Below, one piece after another: positions 41,484 through 41,538 of a DNA stretch of 41,538 nucleotides. The first letter of the stretch is position 1, and every line of letters starts with the position of its first letter. The DNA is taken from IMG/VR virus record IMGVR_UViG_3300045988_148476. One strand, 5' to 3'. The translations under genes and the position numbers were made by a program. Below the pieces are notes generated by a model that was given only the letters and a program-made list of their open reading frames with translations, was not told the origin of the DNA and did not search any database. Source of the stretch: a virus.

Positions 41484-41538
41484 AGCAAAGCGGCTATTTT
41501 TCAACCCGCTCTCAGCTCAGCGCGTCCTTCAACTTGCT
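41484..41538. repeat. 55-nt terminal direct repeat, right copy
   Basis: Identical to nt 1-55. Confidence 0.9.

Larger units (their letters stand above)
1..41538. mobile_element. Complete temperate siphovirus-type (pro)phage genome bounded by identical 55-nt termini
   Basis: Full set of lysogeny, replication, packaging, head, tail and lysis modules in canonical order. Integrase at one end. Identical 55-nt sequence at both window ends. Confidence 0.9.

Noticed and set aside
41455-41501. Hairpin AGCCGCT-22 nt-AGCGGCT with flanking A and T runs, spanning the arm/core boundary, considered as a phage-supplied terminator for the target gene.
   Set aside because: The stem is only 7 bp with a 22-nt loop, which is thermodynamically weak. 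It is kept as a remark under the att finding, not as a feature.

Overview
The window is a complete ~41.5-kb temperate siphovirus-type (pro)phage genome. The host is probably a high-GC Gram-positive actinobacterium. I judge it Bifidobacterium-like from composition, AAGGAGG-type SD usage and gene content, but that is inference only.

The first and last 55 nt are identical. The window therefore runs either from att core to att core (attL/attR) or is a circular assembly with a 55-nt overlap.

Gene order:
- att and tyrosine integrase (106-1290, minus strand), then an accessory GNAT gene.
- A minus-strand lysogeny operon: cI-like XRE repressor, ImmA/IrrE metalloprotease, lipoprotein, a small ORF, and a membrane-anchored beta-sandwich protein.
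- A divergent switch region with TATAGCAGGCGCTATA-type operators.
- The early/replication module: HTH proteins, two antisense membrane-protein genes, an excisionase-like HTH, SSB, a ParB-like protein, a replication organiser with an internal GAAGCAA iteron array (probable ori), HNH, a DEDD exonuclease, small ORFs and a Zn-ribbon regulator.
- A low-GC two-gene moron (15160-16753).
- HNH, a non-coding promoter/cos-like region, and a stand-alone AEP prim-pol.
- Packaging and morphogenesis: P27-type TerS, TerL, portal, MuF-toxin fusion, scaffold, HK97-fold capsid, connectors, major tail protein, -1 frameshifted chaperone, tape measure, Dit, tail proteins, and a 1101-aa repeat-rich fibre with an inserted CBM-like domain.
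- Lysis: a membrane protein, holin and CHAP endolysin.
- A second minus-strand accessory operon (small TM protein plus SDH/Clp-fold serine protease) next to attP.

The best candidates for an undescribed system are the compositionally foreign soluble-protein + 3-TM-protein cassette at 15.0-16.8 kb and the TM-protein + Clp-fold protease pair at 40.2-41.3 kb. Other notable features are the MuF polymorphic-toxin fusion, the attP architecture, and the iteron origin inside a coding gene.

All functional calls rest on motifs I could read in the translations and on synteny. No database search was possible.
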